Of a stretch of 64,000 nt of DNA, positions 1-9,399 are shown piece by piece; position 1 is the first letter of the stretch, and each line of letters starts with the position of its first letter. This DNA is from Fibrobacteria bacterium. GTDB taxonomy: Bacteria > Fibrobacterota > Fibrobacteria > UBA11236 > JADFYW01. The notes beneath the pieces are model-generated. The model made no database searches, was not told where the DNA came from, and worked only from the letters and a program-made list of their open reading frames with translations. The translations under genes and the position numbers were made by a program. Location: NCBI GenBank assembly GCA_050294405.1, contig JBNKOC010000011.1, forward strand, positions 41,030-105,029, read 5' to 3'.

Positions 1-586
1 CATTGCAATAGTCAAAGTTGATAAATACACTGGGTATAATCTGGATAAGGATATTGTCGGGTTTAATCAAATCCAAAATAGTTATTCAGATAATGAAGTG
101 ATGGCTATTATCACAACAGATTGGTCCGATAACGATATAAAGAAAGTTTTCGATCGGTGGAATTTTAATGTGCAAATAAGGGGTTGGGGGGCTACCTGTA
201 ATACCTGTGGAGCTTCTGATAAACTCAAATATTTTGATACATACATACATAGTACAGAAACAGGTACTTTTAAAACGGTTCATGGAGATTTACATACAAA
301 AGCAACCCCTGTAGGATCGAAATTTGTGGATTCCAAAACATGCAAGGGAGATAGCGGTGGCCCAGTATCTTTAAAAAAAGAGAGTTTTGGCTTGGATGAA
401 TTGGTGGCAGTGGGTATGACTGTTGGACACCAGGGTGAGAATAGATGTCAGCCAGATAGAGGGTATACCTGGCACACTAGTTTGTATAAAAAAGCAAGCT
501 GGATAAAAGATATTATGGATAATAACATTACGGATGACTGCTATTACGAGTCATCTAAAGGTCTTCGCTTTTTAAAATGTAAATAG
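1..586 (+). CDS. Trypsin-like (S1) serine protease, 5'-truncated by the window edge
   Basis: Frame is open from base 2 and reads (D)IAIVKVD, resembling the catalytic-Asp motif; catalytic-Ser motif TCKGDSGGP is present. Confidence 0.8.
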   Translation, partial: IAIVKVDKYTGYNLDKDIVGFNQIQNSYSDNEVMAIITTDWSDNDIKKVFDRWNFNVQIRGWGATCNTCGASDKLKYFDTYIHSTETGTFKTVHGDLHTKATPVGSKFVDSKTCKGDSGGPVSLKKESFGLDELVAVGMTVGHQGENRCQPDRGYTWHTSLYKKASWIKDIMDNNITDDCYYESSKGLRFLKCK

Positions 587-621
587 GGCTACATTGTAGA
601 GCGAAGAAGGCTTCATAGCCT

Positions 622-647
622 GGGGGAGGGTAAAACCTCCCTTTTTT
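622..647 (+). terminator. Intrinsic terminator between the convergent protease and lexA genes
   Basis: GGGAGG-gtaaaa-CCTCCC followed by T6. Confidence 0.65.
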
Positions 648-671
648 ATTTTATGAAAACCGTCTGCTTTA

Positions 672-1322
672 TTACCGCATCTGACGCATGACCCCAATGA
701 CCCTTCCGGCAATGCGAAAGTCTGGGGTGCGCTCATCCACAATAATGGCACGAAAGGCCTCGTTAGCAGGTTCGAGGCGAACCCGGGTTCCATCGGGATG
801 GTAATATTTAACGGTGGCCTCGTCTCCAATAATGGCCACCACAATTTGACCTTTATCGGCAGTGGCTTGCTGGCGGGCAAAAACCAAGTCTCCATCGAAA
901 ATACCCGCATTTTTCATGCTTTCGCCGCGGACCCTAAGTGCCATTACGTTTTTTTGACGCATAAGGAAATCTCTGTCTACAAAAACAGTGCCTTCGAGAT
1001 TTTCCACAGCTAAAATAGGGGAGCCAGCGGCAATACGGCCCACAATGGGCACTTCAATTAAATTATCCGGTTGAGAAGCGGAAGCGTGGGGAACAGGGGG
1101 CTTTTCCACCAAATCAATGCCTCTGGATACTTTTGGAGTACGCTGAATGTAATTTTTTTTGATTAACGCAGATAAAATGCTGCGAACCCCATTGGTGGAG
1201 CTAATGTTGAAAGTTTCGCCAATTTCGCGAACTGTGGGAGGCCGGCCTTGTTTTTCCAGTGATTCTTTAATGAATTCGTAAACTTCGGCCTGTCGGTCTG
1301 TTAAAGTGGTAACGGGTGACAT
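672..1322 (-). CDS. lexA: SOS repressor LexA
   Basis: [20 protein letters not shown] cleavage site, GESM catalytic Ser, EATVK catalytic Lys. Confidence 0.97.
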   Translation of the reverse strand: MSPVTTLTDRQAEVYEFIKESLEKQGRPPTVREIGETFNISSTNGVRSILSALIKKNYIQRTPKVSRGIDLVEKPPVPHASASQPDNLIEVPIVGRIAAGSPILAVENLEGTVFVDRDFLMRQKNVMALRVRGESMKNAGIFDGDLVFARQQATADKGQIVVAIIGDEATVKYYHPDGTRVRLEPANEAFRAIIVDERTPDFRIAGRVIGVMRQMR

Positions 1323-1358
1323 AAGTGCCTCACTAATAAAAAGATAGCTTAAATATAC

Positions 1359-1388
1359 TGCTCATTAGTTCAGTTGTCAAGATGTGCA
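1359..1388. promoter_or_regulatory. Two tandem putative LexA operators upstream of lexA
   Basis: TGCTC-atta-GTTCA (1359-1372) and TGTCA-agat-GTGCA (1375-1388) have 1 and 2 mismatches to the Fibrobacter-type box TGCNC-N4-GTGCA. Confidence 0.65.
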
Positions 1389-1434
1389 GTACTTTTTAAT
1401 TGCTTGATGCCAAATCTTTTTGTATCTTGATAGT

Positions 1435-1614
1435 ATGACGATCATTAATTTAATGACCGGTTTGGTGGTTTTGTTGTTTTTCGCACTATCTATGGCCATA
1501 ATCAGTCGTCTCAATAGTCTTTCTCTCCAAAGAGAGAGAATACATGATAAACTCAGAAAAGCAATGGAAGAAGAAAATAAGCTCGAGGAGCCAGCGGCAG
1601 AATCGGCCGCCTAA
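1435..1614 (+). CDS. Small single-pass membrane protein
   Basis: Hydrophobic N-terminal helix and charged tail; ATG at 1435 preferred over TTG at 1420. Confidence 0.6.
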   Translation: MTIINLMTGLVVLLFFALSMAIISRLNSLSLQRERIHDKLRKAMEEENKLEEPAAESAA

Positions 1615-1762
1615 AGTTTTTTATACGACATGATCTTAATACATTTCATATACATCTTAACTCAGCTCTTTAAACCGGCTTACTTCTCCACAATATCGGC
1701 AAAAAAATCAAAAAAATACAATATGCCGATACACGTATCACAATCAAATCATTGGAGAAACC

Positions 1763-2425
1763 ATGAACCAAGAAGCACTCTTATACATAGTGTTAGCCCT
1801 AAACGTACTTTACATTCCTGCTTTTATACTATTGTTCGCAAAATTGAAAGAAATCAAATATTTAGTCGACCAACCTGTAATCCAGCGTTTATCATCCAAC
1901 AACAAATTCACCCCTTATAAATTCGACCGTTCCACCAGTTCCGACAACAAAGAGCCTAAAAAAGTAAAGAGCCAAAACGGCGGTCATAAAAAAGAAGCTA
2001 AAAGCAGCAATCGCGGCGGAAGAGAAAGGGTACGCAACCAACGCAATACCCGCACTCGCGGCGGAGCCAGGCAAAATCAAGGTCGCGGCACCGTTGTAGC
2101 CAATCAACCTGCCGATGACAATGCAAGCCCAACCAAAGCAGATTCTGGTCCGGCCCCTGAACGAAAAGAACGAATTACCGTAGCCGAAGTTGCCAGCCCA
2201 AAGGCCCAACCTGAAGCAAAAATTGAAAATAAACCCGAAACCAATGGCCACAGCAATGGAGCTGCAAATCACGGACGCCGTCAACTTCCCAAACAAAAAG
2301 TGGAAATTCCCGAATCCGTAGCACAGAACGAACCCGATACCACAAATATCGCCAGTGCTGATTCTCATGAAATCACTCATGGCAGAAGGGTTAAAATGAA
2401 AAAAGCTCCTTCTTTCGATGAATAA
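1763..2425 (+). CDS. Membrane-anchored hypothetical protein with a long disordered, basic region
   Basis: GGAG RBS, N-terminal TM helix, R/G/N/K-rich low-complexity body, followed by a terminator. Confidence 0.75.
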   Translation: MNQEALLYIVLALNVLYIPAFILLFAKLKEIKYLVDQPVIQRLSSNNKFTPYKFDRSTSSDNKEPKKVKSQNGGHKKEAKSSNRGGRERVRNQRNTRTRGGARQNQGRGTVVANQPADDNASPTKADSGPAPERKERITVAEVASPKAQPEAKIENKPETNGHSNGAANHGRRQLPKQKVEIPESVAQNEPDTTNIASADSHEITHGRRVKMKKAPSFDE

Positions 2426-2447
2426 TTTTTTATAAGGGTTATCGTGT

Positions 2448-2475
2448 AAGGCCGGTTTTCACCGGCCTTTTTTTT
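2448..2475 (+). terminator. Intrinsic terminator
   Basis: AAGGCCGGT-tttc-ACCGGCCTT followed by a T run. Confidence 0.85.
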
Positions 2476-2592
2476 ATCTGTTCCTTGTGAAAATTTTGCC
2501 CTTAATTTTGGTGACAATATTTTGTTCAATTTTTTCCATTAGGCCTAAAAAAGTTTAAAAATTATCTAAAAATCAAAAATAATCTTAATTTT

Positions 2593-2610
2593 GGTGACAA
2601 AAATGTCACC
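2593..2610. promoter_or_regulatory. Perfect palindromic operator upstream of the TIGR02147 operon
   Basis: GGTGACA-aaaa-TGTCACC; the 17-mer CTTAATTTTGGTGACAA occurs at both 2501 and 2584. Confidence 0.55.
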
Positions 2611-2704
2611 TATTTTTGTGGAAATATTGGAAAGTACCCGGTGTTTTTCCTCAGATGGTCTAAATTTAGAGGGGGAAGTTTGGTAAGAAAGAGGAGTTTC
2701 GGTT

Positions 2705-3553
2705 TTGGAAGAAAACCAGGTCCAACCAGTAAATCTGTTTGATTATTTTGATTATCAGGAATACCTGCGGGATGTGTACGCTTTTCGGAAAAAGCAAGAC
2801 TCCTATTTTACCTATCGCTTCATAGCTTCAAAACTAAATATCGACCACGCCTATGTGGTAAAAGTCCTTCAGGGACAAAGGCATGTGTCTTTGAAAACAG
2901 CAGCAAGCTTTTCCAAGCTGCTAAAACATAACAAGCGGCAGCAGGAGTATTTTGAATTGCTGGTGCTGTTTTCCAAAGCCAAAGCAAACAGTGAGATAAA
3001 ACATTATTTTGAAAAATTATTAACATACATCGAAGTGAGTCCCCTTAAAATTGAAGGGCACAAATTCGAGTTTTACCAAAAGTGGTATTACACCGCCATT
3101 CGTGAGTTAATTGGCATATCTGGCTTTGATGGAAATTATCAAAAGCTGGCTTCGCAAACGGTTCCGGCCATAAGCATCTCTCAGGCCAAAAAATCCATTC
3201 AACTCTTGCTTAAGTTAAAACTCATTACAAAAAATTCCGATGGAAGTTATAGCCTCAGTAGCCGTTTTATCACTCCTAGTGAAAAAGTCCAGCCCTTGGC
3301 TATTCGGGAGTTTCAAAAAGAAACCATCAAATTGGCCGCCGAAGCTTTGGATAATATCCCCAAAGAAGAACGGGATATTTCCACTTTGACTCTGAGTTTG
3401 TCTGCGCAGGGTCTGGAAAAAATGAAGGCGAGTCTTACTAACTTCAGGCAGGAACTGATGCGTATCGCCAATCAGGATGAAAATGTAAACAGAGCCTATC
3501 AGATAAACCTGCAACTTTTTCCCATTACCGGGCCCGGAGATAACAAAAAATGA
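2705..3553 (+). CDS. TIGR02147 family protein (HTH plus DUF4423-like domain)
   Basis: FDYFDYQEYLRD..FTYRFIA N-terminus, FYQKWYYTAIREL, ERDISTLTL and YQINLQLFP motifs. Confidence 0.88.
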   Translation: MEENQVQPVNLFDYFDYQEYLRDVYAFRKKQDSYFTYRFIASKLNIDHAYVVKVLQGQRHVSLKTAASFSKLLKHNKRQQEYFELLVLFSKAKANSEIKHYFEKLLTYIEVSPLKIEGHKFEFYQKWYYTAIRELIGISGFDGNYQKLASQTVPAISISQAKKSIQLLLKLKLITKNSDGSYSLSSRFITPSEKVQPLAIREFQKETIKLAAEALDNIPKEERDISTLTLSLSAQGLEKMKASLTNFRQELMRIANQDENVNRAYQINLQLFPITGPGDNKK

Positions 3554-5298
3554 TACGGGCTATTGCTATAATTTTACGTCTACTATCCATAACATTACTT
3601 TTAATGTTGTTATCCTGTTCTTTAAATTCTGACGAAATTGCTGGTAAGGGAACGGGTTCAGAAACACCAAATACATTAACGGGAATTGTTCAGGATTCAT
3701 TGGGAAATCCCAGCGAGGGAGTGTTGGTGAAGCTAAATCCAAGCACTTTTAACCCGGTCCGGGAAGAATTGCCCGATTCCCTAAAAACTACAACAAACTC
3801 CAAAGGAATTTACTCTTTTAAAATATCAGGCCGCTCCAGTTATAACCTGGAGGCCATTAATTCTGTGGATAACACGGTGGGCTTGCTTCGGGGGATTGAA
3901 ACCCCAAAAAAAGGGGGCGACAGCTTGATGATAGATACCGCCCAACTGCATACCCCCGGAACTATTATCATCCAGCTTAACAAAGGGGAAATGGAGGAGG
4001 GCGGCTATATATACATTCCCGGAACTGATCTATATGTTAAGATCGGTCAAAAGGATATGGATAGAGGCTTTGTGGAATTTTCAGGAGTGCCCAGCTCAAG
4101 GTACTCTGATATTAGTTATACCAATTCTGATTTTAATTTTGAATCTCAAATAGCTCCTTTGGGCCTGGATGTTCCATCCGGGGGAACAGTGGTAAAAGGC
4201 CCCTATTACGCCTGGAAAAACCGTGCAGAAATACGGATAAACACAACTGCTGACGGAGCAGCCGTTGCTGAAGATGCCGTTGATTTTCCTTTGTTATTGC
4301 GGTTGGATAATTCCTCCGGGCTATTTGCAGGAAGTTCATCCGATGGGAAAGACCTTCGTTTTACCAAATCCGATGGGCTGACAAATCTGCCCTATGAGCT
4401 GGAAAAATGGGATGTTATAAATAATGTAGGGGTGGTATGGGTAAGGATAGATACATTATACGGTAATTCCATGGATCAATACATTATCGCTTACACGGGA
4501 GCCAGCGATGTTGTGAGTGAGTCCTCAGGTTCCGCTGTTTTCGATTCATCCCTGGGATACGCCGGCGTTTGGCATTTTGAGCCAGACGATTCAGGCGATA
4601 TGACTCGAGTGCCTAATTCAGCCTACAATGCAAACCACGGTACTTTTGTGGATCCGGATCAAAACAGAACAAATGATTTGAATTCCGTTATATCCACTGG
4701 TGTTGATTTTAGCGGCCTCAATCAATTTGTTTCCACTTCCCGCTATTTTGATGCGCCCATGGTATTTGCTATTTCCTGTTGGTTTAACAGTAATACCAGT
4801 TCCGGCGGCAAGTTGCTTGATTTTAACAACAATGCCCTGGGAAAGCCGGATAAAGACAGGCATGTATGGATGGATGATACCGGAGTGCTGTATTTCGGCG
4901 TCTATCCTCCGGCTCCGGATGTTATTGCTCCGGAAGATTCCGGACTTGTTGCGGGAAGCGGAATATTCCGCACCATAAAATCTCTTCTCAGCTATAACGA
5001 CGGAAATTGGCACTATGCGATGGCGACCCTTTCCGCCAGCGGCATGAGGTTATTTGTAGATGGAAAAAAAGTGGCGGAGAATCCAGATGTTACAGAAGCC
5101 CAGCATTTTCAGGGAGTCTGGCAAATAGGTTATGGCTTAATGAGTACATGGAAACCCTTGCCCTCCAGCAATTATTTTGGTGGGAGGCTGGATGAAGTTC
5201 GGGTGTTTTATGGAAATGTTTCTGAAGATAGAGTTAAGCTTGAGTTTGAAAATCAAAAAGCATCCTCTTCTATGGTTGTTGTGAAAGGAAGTAATTAG
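3550..5298 (+). CDS. Lipoprotein with DUF2341 and LamG/concanavalin-like domains
   Basis: Lipobox LLSC then GTGSETPN; DFPLLLRL..DGKDLRF..LPYELEKW (DUF2341); DGNWHY..LFVDG..FGGRLDEVR (LamG). Confidence 0.8.
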   Translation: MIRAIAIILRLLSITLLLMLLSCSLNSDEIAGKGTGSETPNTLTGIVQDSLGNPSEGVLVKLNPSTFNPVREELPDSLKTTTNSKGIYSFKISGRSSYNLEAINSVDNTVGLLRGIETPKKGGDSLMIDTAQLHTPGTIIIQLNKGEMEEGGYIYIPGTDLYVKIGQKDMDRGFVEFSGVPSSRYSDISYTNSDFNFESQIAPLGLDVPSGGTVVKGPYYAWKNRAEIRINTTADGAAVAEDAVDFPLLLRLDNSSGLFAGSSSDGKDLRFTKSDGLTNLPYELEKWDVINNVGVVWVRIDTLYGNSMDQYIIAYTGASDVVSESSGSAVFDSSLGYAGVWHFEPDDSGDMTRVPNSAYNANHGTFVDPDQNRTNDLNSVISTGVDFSGLNQFVSTSRYFDAPMVFAISCWFNSNTSSGGKLLDFNNNALGKPDKDRHVWMDDTGVLYFGVYPPAPDVIAPEDSGLVAGSGIFRTIKSLLSYNDGNWHYAMATLSASGMRLFVDGKKVAENPDVTEAQHFQGVWQIGYGLMSTWKPLPSSNYFGGRLDEVRVFYGNVSEDRVKLEFENQKASSSMVVVKGSN

Positions 5299-5299
5299 T

Positions 5300-7042
5300 A
5301 TGAAAAAGAACTTAAATTCAATTGTGAATTTTAGTTGGCTTGGTAAAATTGGCTGCTTAACTATGCTTATGATATTGGCTTGCCAAACAATTATTTACAG
5401 CCAGGAACCCTGTGAGCTGAGTTTGGAACAATTAAATGCTTCAGACTTTAGATCTTCACTTGTGGTAAATGGAGAACCTAATCGGCTTGCCAATGGGAAT
5501 CCAGTGGAACCCTATGCAACTATGGCCAAACCCACTCAAATTGCATTTATGCCTGGCAACAGCCGCGATGTTTTTTTTAACGAAATTTACAAGGGGACCA
5601 TTAATAAATGGGATACAGAAAATCAGACAAAGACCACCCTCATCGATCTCGATCTCTATACAACAGGCGAGAGGGGGCTTACCGGTTTTGCCTTCCACCC
5701 GGACTTTGAGGAAAACCATTGGGTATTCGTGGTGTATAATGAGGAAAACAGCCAGTTGAAATTGTCACGTTTCGAATACGATTTGAACAGTAATAAATTG
5801 GTAAACGAAAAAGTGCTTATCCAGCATAACATTAAAACCCCGCTGCACCATTATGGCAACGGGCAACTGGCCATAACCGACGATGGAGTTTTGTTTATGG
5901 GAATCGGTTCGGATGCGGATTACGCGGGCAATAACCTTTACGGCAATAATCTGGATTTAAACGGAGAGGCCACAGCGGGAAACACTAATACCATTTCCAG
6001 CAGTATCCTGCGCATCGTTCCGGACTCTTCCGAGCGGGGGTATTCTATCCCCGAGGGTAATTTCGGAGAATATTTCGAAAATTATTTCAGGGATCAGGGA
6101 AATGACGCCCTTGCTGACGAATACCAAACAAAAGTTAAGCCTGAAATTTTCGCCAAGGGTATCCGCACAAACTTTTCCGCAACGGTTCATCCCATTAAAG
6201 GATGGCTCGCCTGGGGCGAAGTAAATACCGACAACAGATGGGATGAATACAATATTGTGAATAAACCTATGTATAGCGGGTATCCCTATTTTCACTCGGA
6301 TAATGTGCCCCTGGGAGGAACCAATCCCAATCAAAACGCTAATCCCAATGAGCCCATCCCCAACAACAGCCAATACAACACCGGAGTCAGTATGTTACCT
6401 CCAGCTCAGGCACAAACATTGCCTCCTCTGGCAGCTGGAGTCACCACTTCCGCAACTGCCGGCGATATTTATAATTTTGACAGCCACAATGGTGATGGAC
6501 GTTTTCCCAAGGCTTTTGATCAACACTTTTTGATGTTTGACTTTGAGAAAACCCAGCCCCATATGTTTGCCTCTTTACTGGAAGAAGACGGGGATGATAT
6601 CAAGGTGGGAGAACAAAAAGATCTTTCCCGTTTTCTGGACAATGTATTTATGCGCTACACCCTGGATGCCGAATTTTCTCCTGACGGCGAGCTTTTTATA
6701 CTCAATGTGGGGGATAGGGGTTATGAAGACTGCAGGCAATGCGGCTCCATTGATAAAGTGGTTTACACCGGAGCCCAGTGCCCTCAAACGGTATCCGTAG
6801 CCAAAAAGGTTGATAAAAAGTTTTTTCGGCGAACAGGGAATTTGCTGCTGTCTCTTTCTGCAAAAGCTCTCCGCGTGGAGTTTTACACTATGGGTGGAAA
6901 ATTGATTTTCGAAACAACATTAAGCCCAAATAGTAAGCTTGAACTCAACAAGGTCATTCCTGTAGGTTCAGGCGAAATGTTAATAATGAAAATCGGCCAT
7001 TCTGGGAACTTTATCAGCCAAAAAATCCTGCGCATCCATTAA
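5300..7042 (+). CDS. Secreted PQQ-dependent glucose/sorbosone dehydrogenase-family beta-propeller with C-terminal sorting domain
   Basis: GERGLTGFAFHPDFEENHWVF, ILRI.PD..YSIPEGN, PEIFAKGIR, DAEFSPDGELFIL. Confidence 0.8.
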   Translation: MKKNLNSIVNFSWLGKIGCLTMLMILACQTIIYSQEPCELSLEQLNASDFRSSLVVNGEPNRLANGNPVEPYATMAKPTQIAFMPGNSRDVFFNEIYKGTINKWDTENQTKTTLIDLDLYTTGERGLTGFAFHPDFEENHWVFVVYNEENSQLKLSRFEYDLNSNKLVNEKVLIQHNIKTPLHHYGNGQLAITDDGVLFMGIGSDADYAGNNLYGNNLDLNGEATAGNTNTISSSILRIVPDSSERGYSIPEGNFGEYFENYFRDQGNDALADEYQTKVKPEIFAKGIRTNFSATVHPIKGWLAWGEVNTDNRWDEYNIVNKPMYSGYPYFHSDNVPLGGTNPNQNANPNEPIPNNSQYNTGVSMLPPAQAQTLPPLAAGVTTSATAGDIYNFDSHNGDGRFPKAFDQHFLMFDFEKTQPHMFASLLEEDGDDIKVGEQKDLSRFLDNVFMRYTLDAEFSPDGELFILNVGDRGYEDCRQCGSIDKVVYTGAQCPQTVSVAKKVDKKFFRRTGNLLLSLSAKALRVEFYTMGGKLIFETTLSPNSKLELNKVIPVGSGEMLIMKIGHSGNFISQKILRIH

Positions 7043-7082
7043 GGGGGCAAAGACAGAATTTGTTTAATTACAAGGAATTAAC

Positions 7083-8267
7083 ATGAAGCGATTACACTCT
7101 GAAAATAGATTTTTTCGTATTTTTTTACGGAATCCCGGGCATTTAACCGGGCTTTTAATACTCATTTTGTCTGTATGCTCTTTCGCGCAGGACGAATACG
7201 AGTGGGTCCAACTCTTTAACGGGGAAGACCTGGACGGCTGGGATTTTAAAATAACGGGCCAACAGCTAAATGTGGATCCCCGCAATACATTAAAAATATC
7301 TGATGGAATATTACATGTGGATTACAGCGATTATTCCGGATTTAGTGGCGAGTTCGGTCATTTCGCCCGTGATGAGGTCTACTCCCATTATATCTATGCT
7401 GTGGAAACCCGTTTTATAGGAGAGCAAACTCCCGGCGGACCTAATTGGGCTTTTCGCAATAACGGAATTATGATCCATTCCCAGTCTATGGAGAGCATGA
7501 ATATAAATCAGGATTTTCCAACCTCTGTAGAAGCTCAAATAATACAACGGGGAAGCGACGCCCAACCAGTTGCGGCCTTAAACTTGTGCAATGGCTCTTC
7601 TGGCACCACCGCCGCCGAAAGGGCTAATTGCGGAGGGTCCGATGCTTCTGTTCCTCTCACAGATAAAGACGATTGGTTCAGGGCGGAAGTTTTAGTCCTG
7701 GCGGATTCCGTAGCTAAGTTTATTTTAAACGGCGATACCGTGGGAGTATTTACCCAGTTTAAATTATCAAATGGGGGAGCTCCTTTAGGGGAAGGCCGAA
7801 TTGCCCTCCAGATGGAATCCCATCCCACAGACTTCCGCAAAATCGAAATGGTCAATTTAAAAGGATGTATGGATGAAACTGCCATCAATTACAAAGACTA
7901 TTTTCTGGCGGACGATCCTGAATCTTGTGAATACGGTAAGGCGGGATGTACAGATAGTAGTTACCTCGAATACGACAGTACGGCAACGGTTTCAGATCCG
8001 GAAGCCTGCGAAAATTTATCAACTTTGGAACACCGGCAATTTAAAAGGGTCTATTTTAACTCAACTAATATTTCATTGGAGGTACCGCTTGAAGGAAAAC
8101 ATCAATTAATGGTACATGATGTAAATGGTTCCACAGTTTATGAAACAAATGGGGTAGGGCCACAAACCTATTTCCTTCGACCAATTTTGCCCAATGGAAT
8201 TCATTTTATCGTACTGGAATGGCAAGGGTATCGAATCACTCAAAAAGCCCTGGGTTTGAACCAATAG
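7083..8267 (+). CDS. Secreted DUF1080 / 3-keto-disaccharide hydrolase family protein with Cys-rich repeats and C-terminal sorting domain
   Basis: WVQLFNGEDLDGW, NNGIMIHSQ, FPTSVEAQ, GRIALQMESHP; GCMD..NY and GCTD..EY repeats. Confidence 0.85.
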   Translation: MKRLHSENRFFRIFLRNPGHLTGLLILILSVCSFAQDEYEWVQLFNGEDLDGWDFKITGQQLNVDPRNTLKISDGILHVDYSDYSGFSGEFGHFARDEVYSHYIYAVETRFIGEQTPGGPNWAFRNNGIMIHSQSMESMNINQDFPTSVEAQIIQRGSDAQPVAALNLCNGSSGTTAAERANCGGSDASVPLTDKDDWFRAEVLVLADSVAKFILNGDTVGVFTQFKLSNGGAPLGEGRIALQMESHPTDFRKIEMVNLKGCMDETAINYKDYFLADDPESCEYGKAGCTDSSYLEYDSTATVSDPEACENLSTLEHRQFKRVYFNSTNISLEVPLEGKHQLMVHDVNGSTVYETNGVGPQTYFLRPILPNGIHFIVLEWQGYRITQKALGLNQ

Positions 8268-8393
8268 GCCTTTCCAGACATAGGTAGCGGAAGTTTGTGG
8301 GTTATGAGTTTATGTTGTTTTATTCATAAACTCAAAATTCTCTAATACCTTGGTCCCCATAACTAAGGAAAAATCGTAAAGAAAAAAGCCAGT

Positions 8394-8410
8394 TGTCGAT
8401 TTTTTTTACA
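8394..8410. promoter_or_regulatory. Putative sigma54 enhancer-binding-protein site (PEP-CTERM box type)
   Basis: TGT-N11-ACA (TGTCGATTTTTTTTACA) about 140 bp upstream of a -24/-12 element. Confidence 0.55.
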
Positions 8411-8548
8411 GTTAATAATTTGGAACTTTTAGTTACTTGAGGATATATGAATTTAATCACTGATACATTACTTTCCATTGTAAAAATAAATGCTTAAATT
8501 TTTACAGAATCGTTGTTTTTCCTACTTTTATTCTTTAAGTTTTTTTCT

Positions 8549-8564
8549 TGGCATAGGCCTTGCT
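8549..8564 (+). promoter_or_regulatory. Sigma54 (-24/-12) promoter of the PEP-CTERM gene
   Basis: TGGCAT-aggcc-TTGCT matches TGGCAC-N5-TTGCW. Confidence 0.8.
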
Positions 8565-8593
8565 CTATAAGGCTATGTCAATAAGGAGTAGAT

Positions 8594-9301
8594 ATGATTA
8601 GAATGTTAAATAAAATTAAATTGGCTTTGGTCCTGGCAGCAGCATCTGCCTATACATTGCCTTACCTTCAGCTGGATATTGTAGGCGGCTATTATGATGA
8701 CCACCAAGAAACAATGGAAACTGCCAGTGAAACTTTTACTTTAATTGCGCTGTTAAATACAACTCATCCAGAAGTTTATAACGACAACTTTTACTTGTCT
8801 ATGGCCATAACTCCCCAAGTGGAAGTGGATCAAAATTTGGGTTCCTTCAGAGTTAATGGGCAAGAAGTTAATGCAACTGCAGATATGTTTTATGGGGTTC
8901 CTCCGGTTGAAGAAAACCTGGCCAAAGACCCCGGTGATATGTCCAGACATGGTATTTTCCCAACTTACTTCTTTGAGTACCAATTCAATTTCAACGTTGC
9001 CAACACTACTTCAGCCTATAATGTACCCGATGATCCAGGTAGGGGGTTAGTGGGAACCGGCGATTTATTTTATTATGAATTCGCGATTAATGTATCCAAT
9101 TTGGCAGATGGCTACGGGCTTCATTTCGATCTTTATAACGAAAAATTTAGAGAGGGCGGCGACATTGATCTTTATAAGGTTGCCCCTTATTCACACGATG
9201 CTGAATTCGATCCTGACGCGGTGCCTGAACCTGCCACCATGGGTCTTCTTGGATTGGGTCTTGCCGGCTTTGGCTTTTTCAGAAGACGCAAAAAAGCTTA
9301 A
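8594..9301 (+). CDS. PEP-CTERM sorted surface protein (choice-of-anchor N-like domain)
   Basis: Signal peptide; PYLQLDIVGGYYD, HGIFPTYF, LHFDLY, APYSHDAE; VPEPATMGLLGLGLAG..RRRKK tail. Confidence 0.88.
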   Translation: MIRMLNKIKLALVLAAASAYTLPYLQLDIVGGYYDDHQETMETASETFTLIALLNTTHPEVYNDNFYLSMAITPQVEVDQNLGSFRVNGQEVNATADMFYGVPPVEENLAKDPGDMSRHGIFPTYFFEYQFNFNVANTTSAYNVPDDPGRGLVGTGDLFYYEFAINVSNLADGYGLHFDLYNEKFREGGDIDLYKVAPYSHDAEFDPDAVPEPATMGLLGLGLAGFGFFRRRKKA

Positions 9302-9332
9302 TAGATACATATCTATATAGGACTTAAAATTG

Positions 9333-9362
9333 AAAAAGCCTCCCATAAGGGAGGCTTTTTTT
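9333..9362. terminator. Bidirectional intrinsic terminator
   Basis: AAAAAGCCTCCC-ataa-GGGAGGCTTTTTTT between convergent genes. Confidence 0.88.
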
Positions 9363-9399
9363 GCTGCATAAAAAAAACGAACGGGCCTGAGTAAAACTT

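Noticed and set aside
1358..1373. E. coli-type SOS box CTG-N10-CAG
   Set aside because: The match exists but lacks CTGT/ACAG; the overlapping Fibrobacter-type box fits this LexA better
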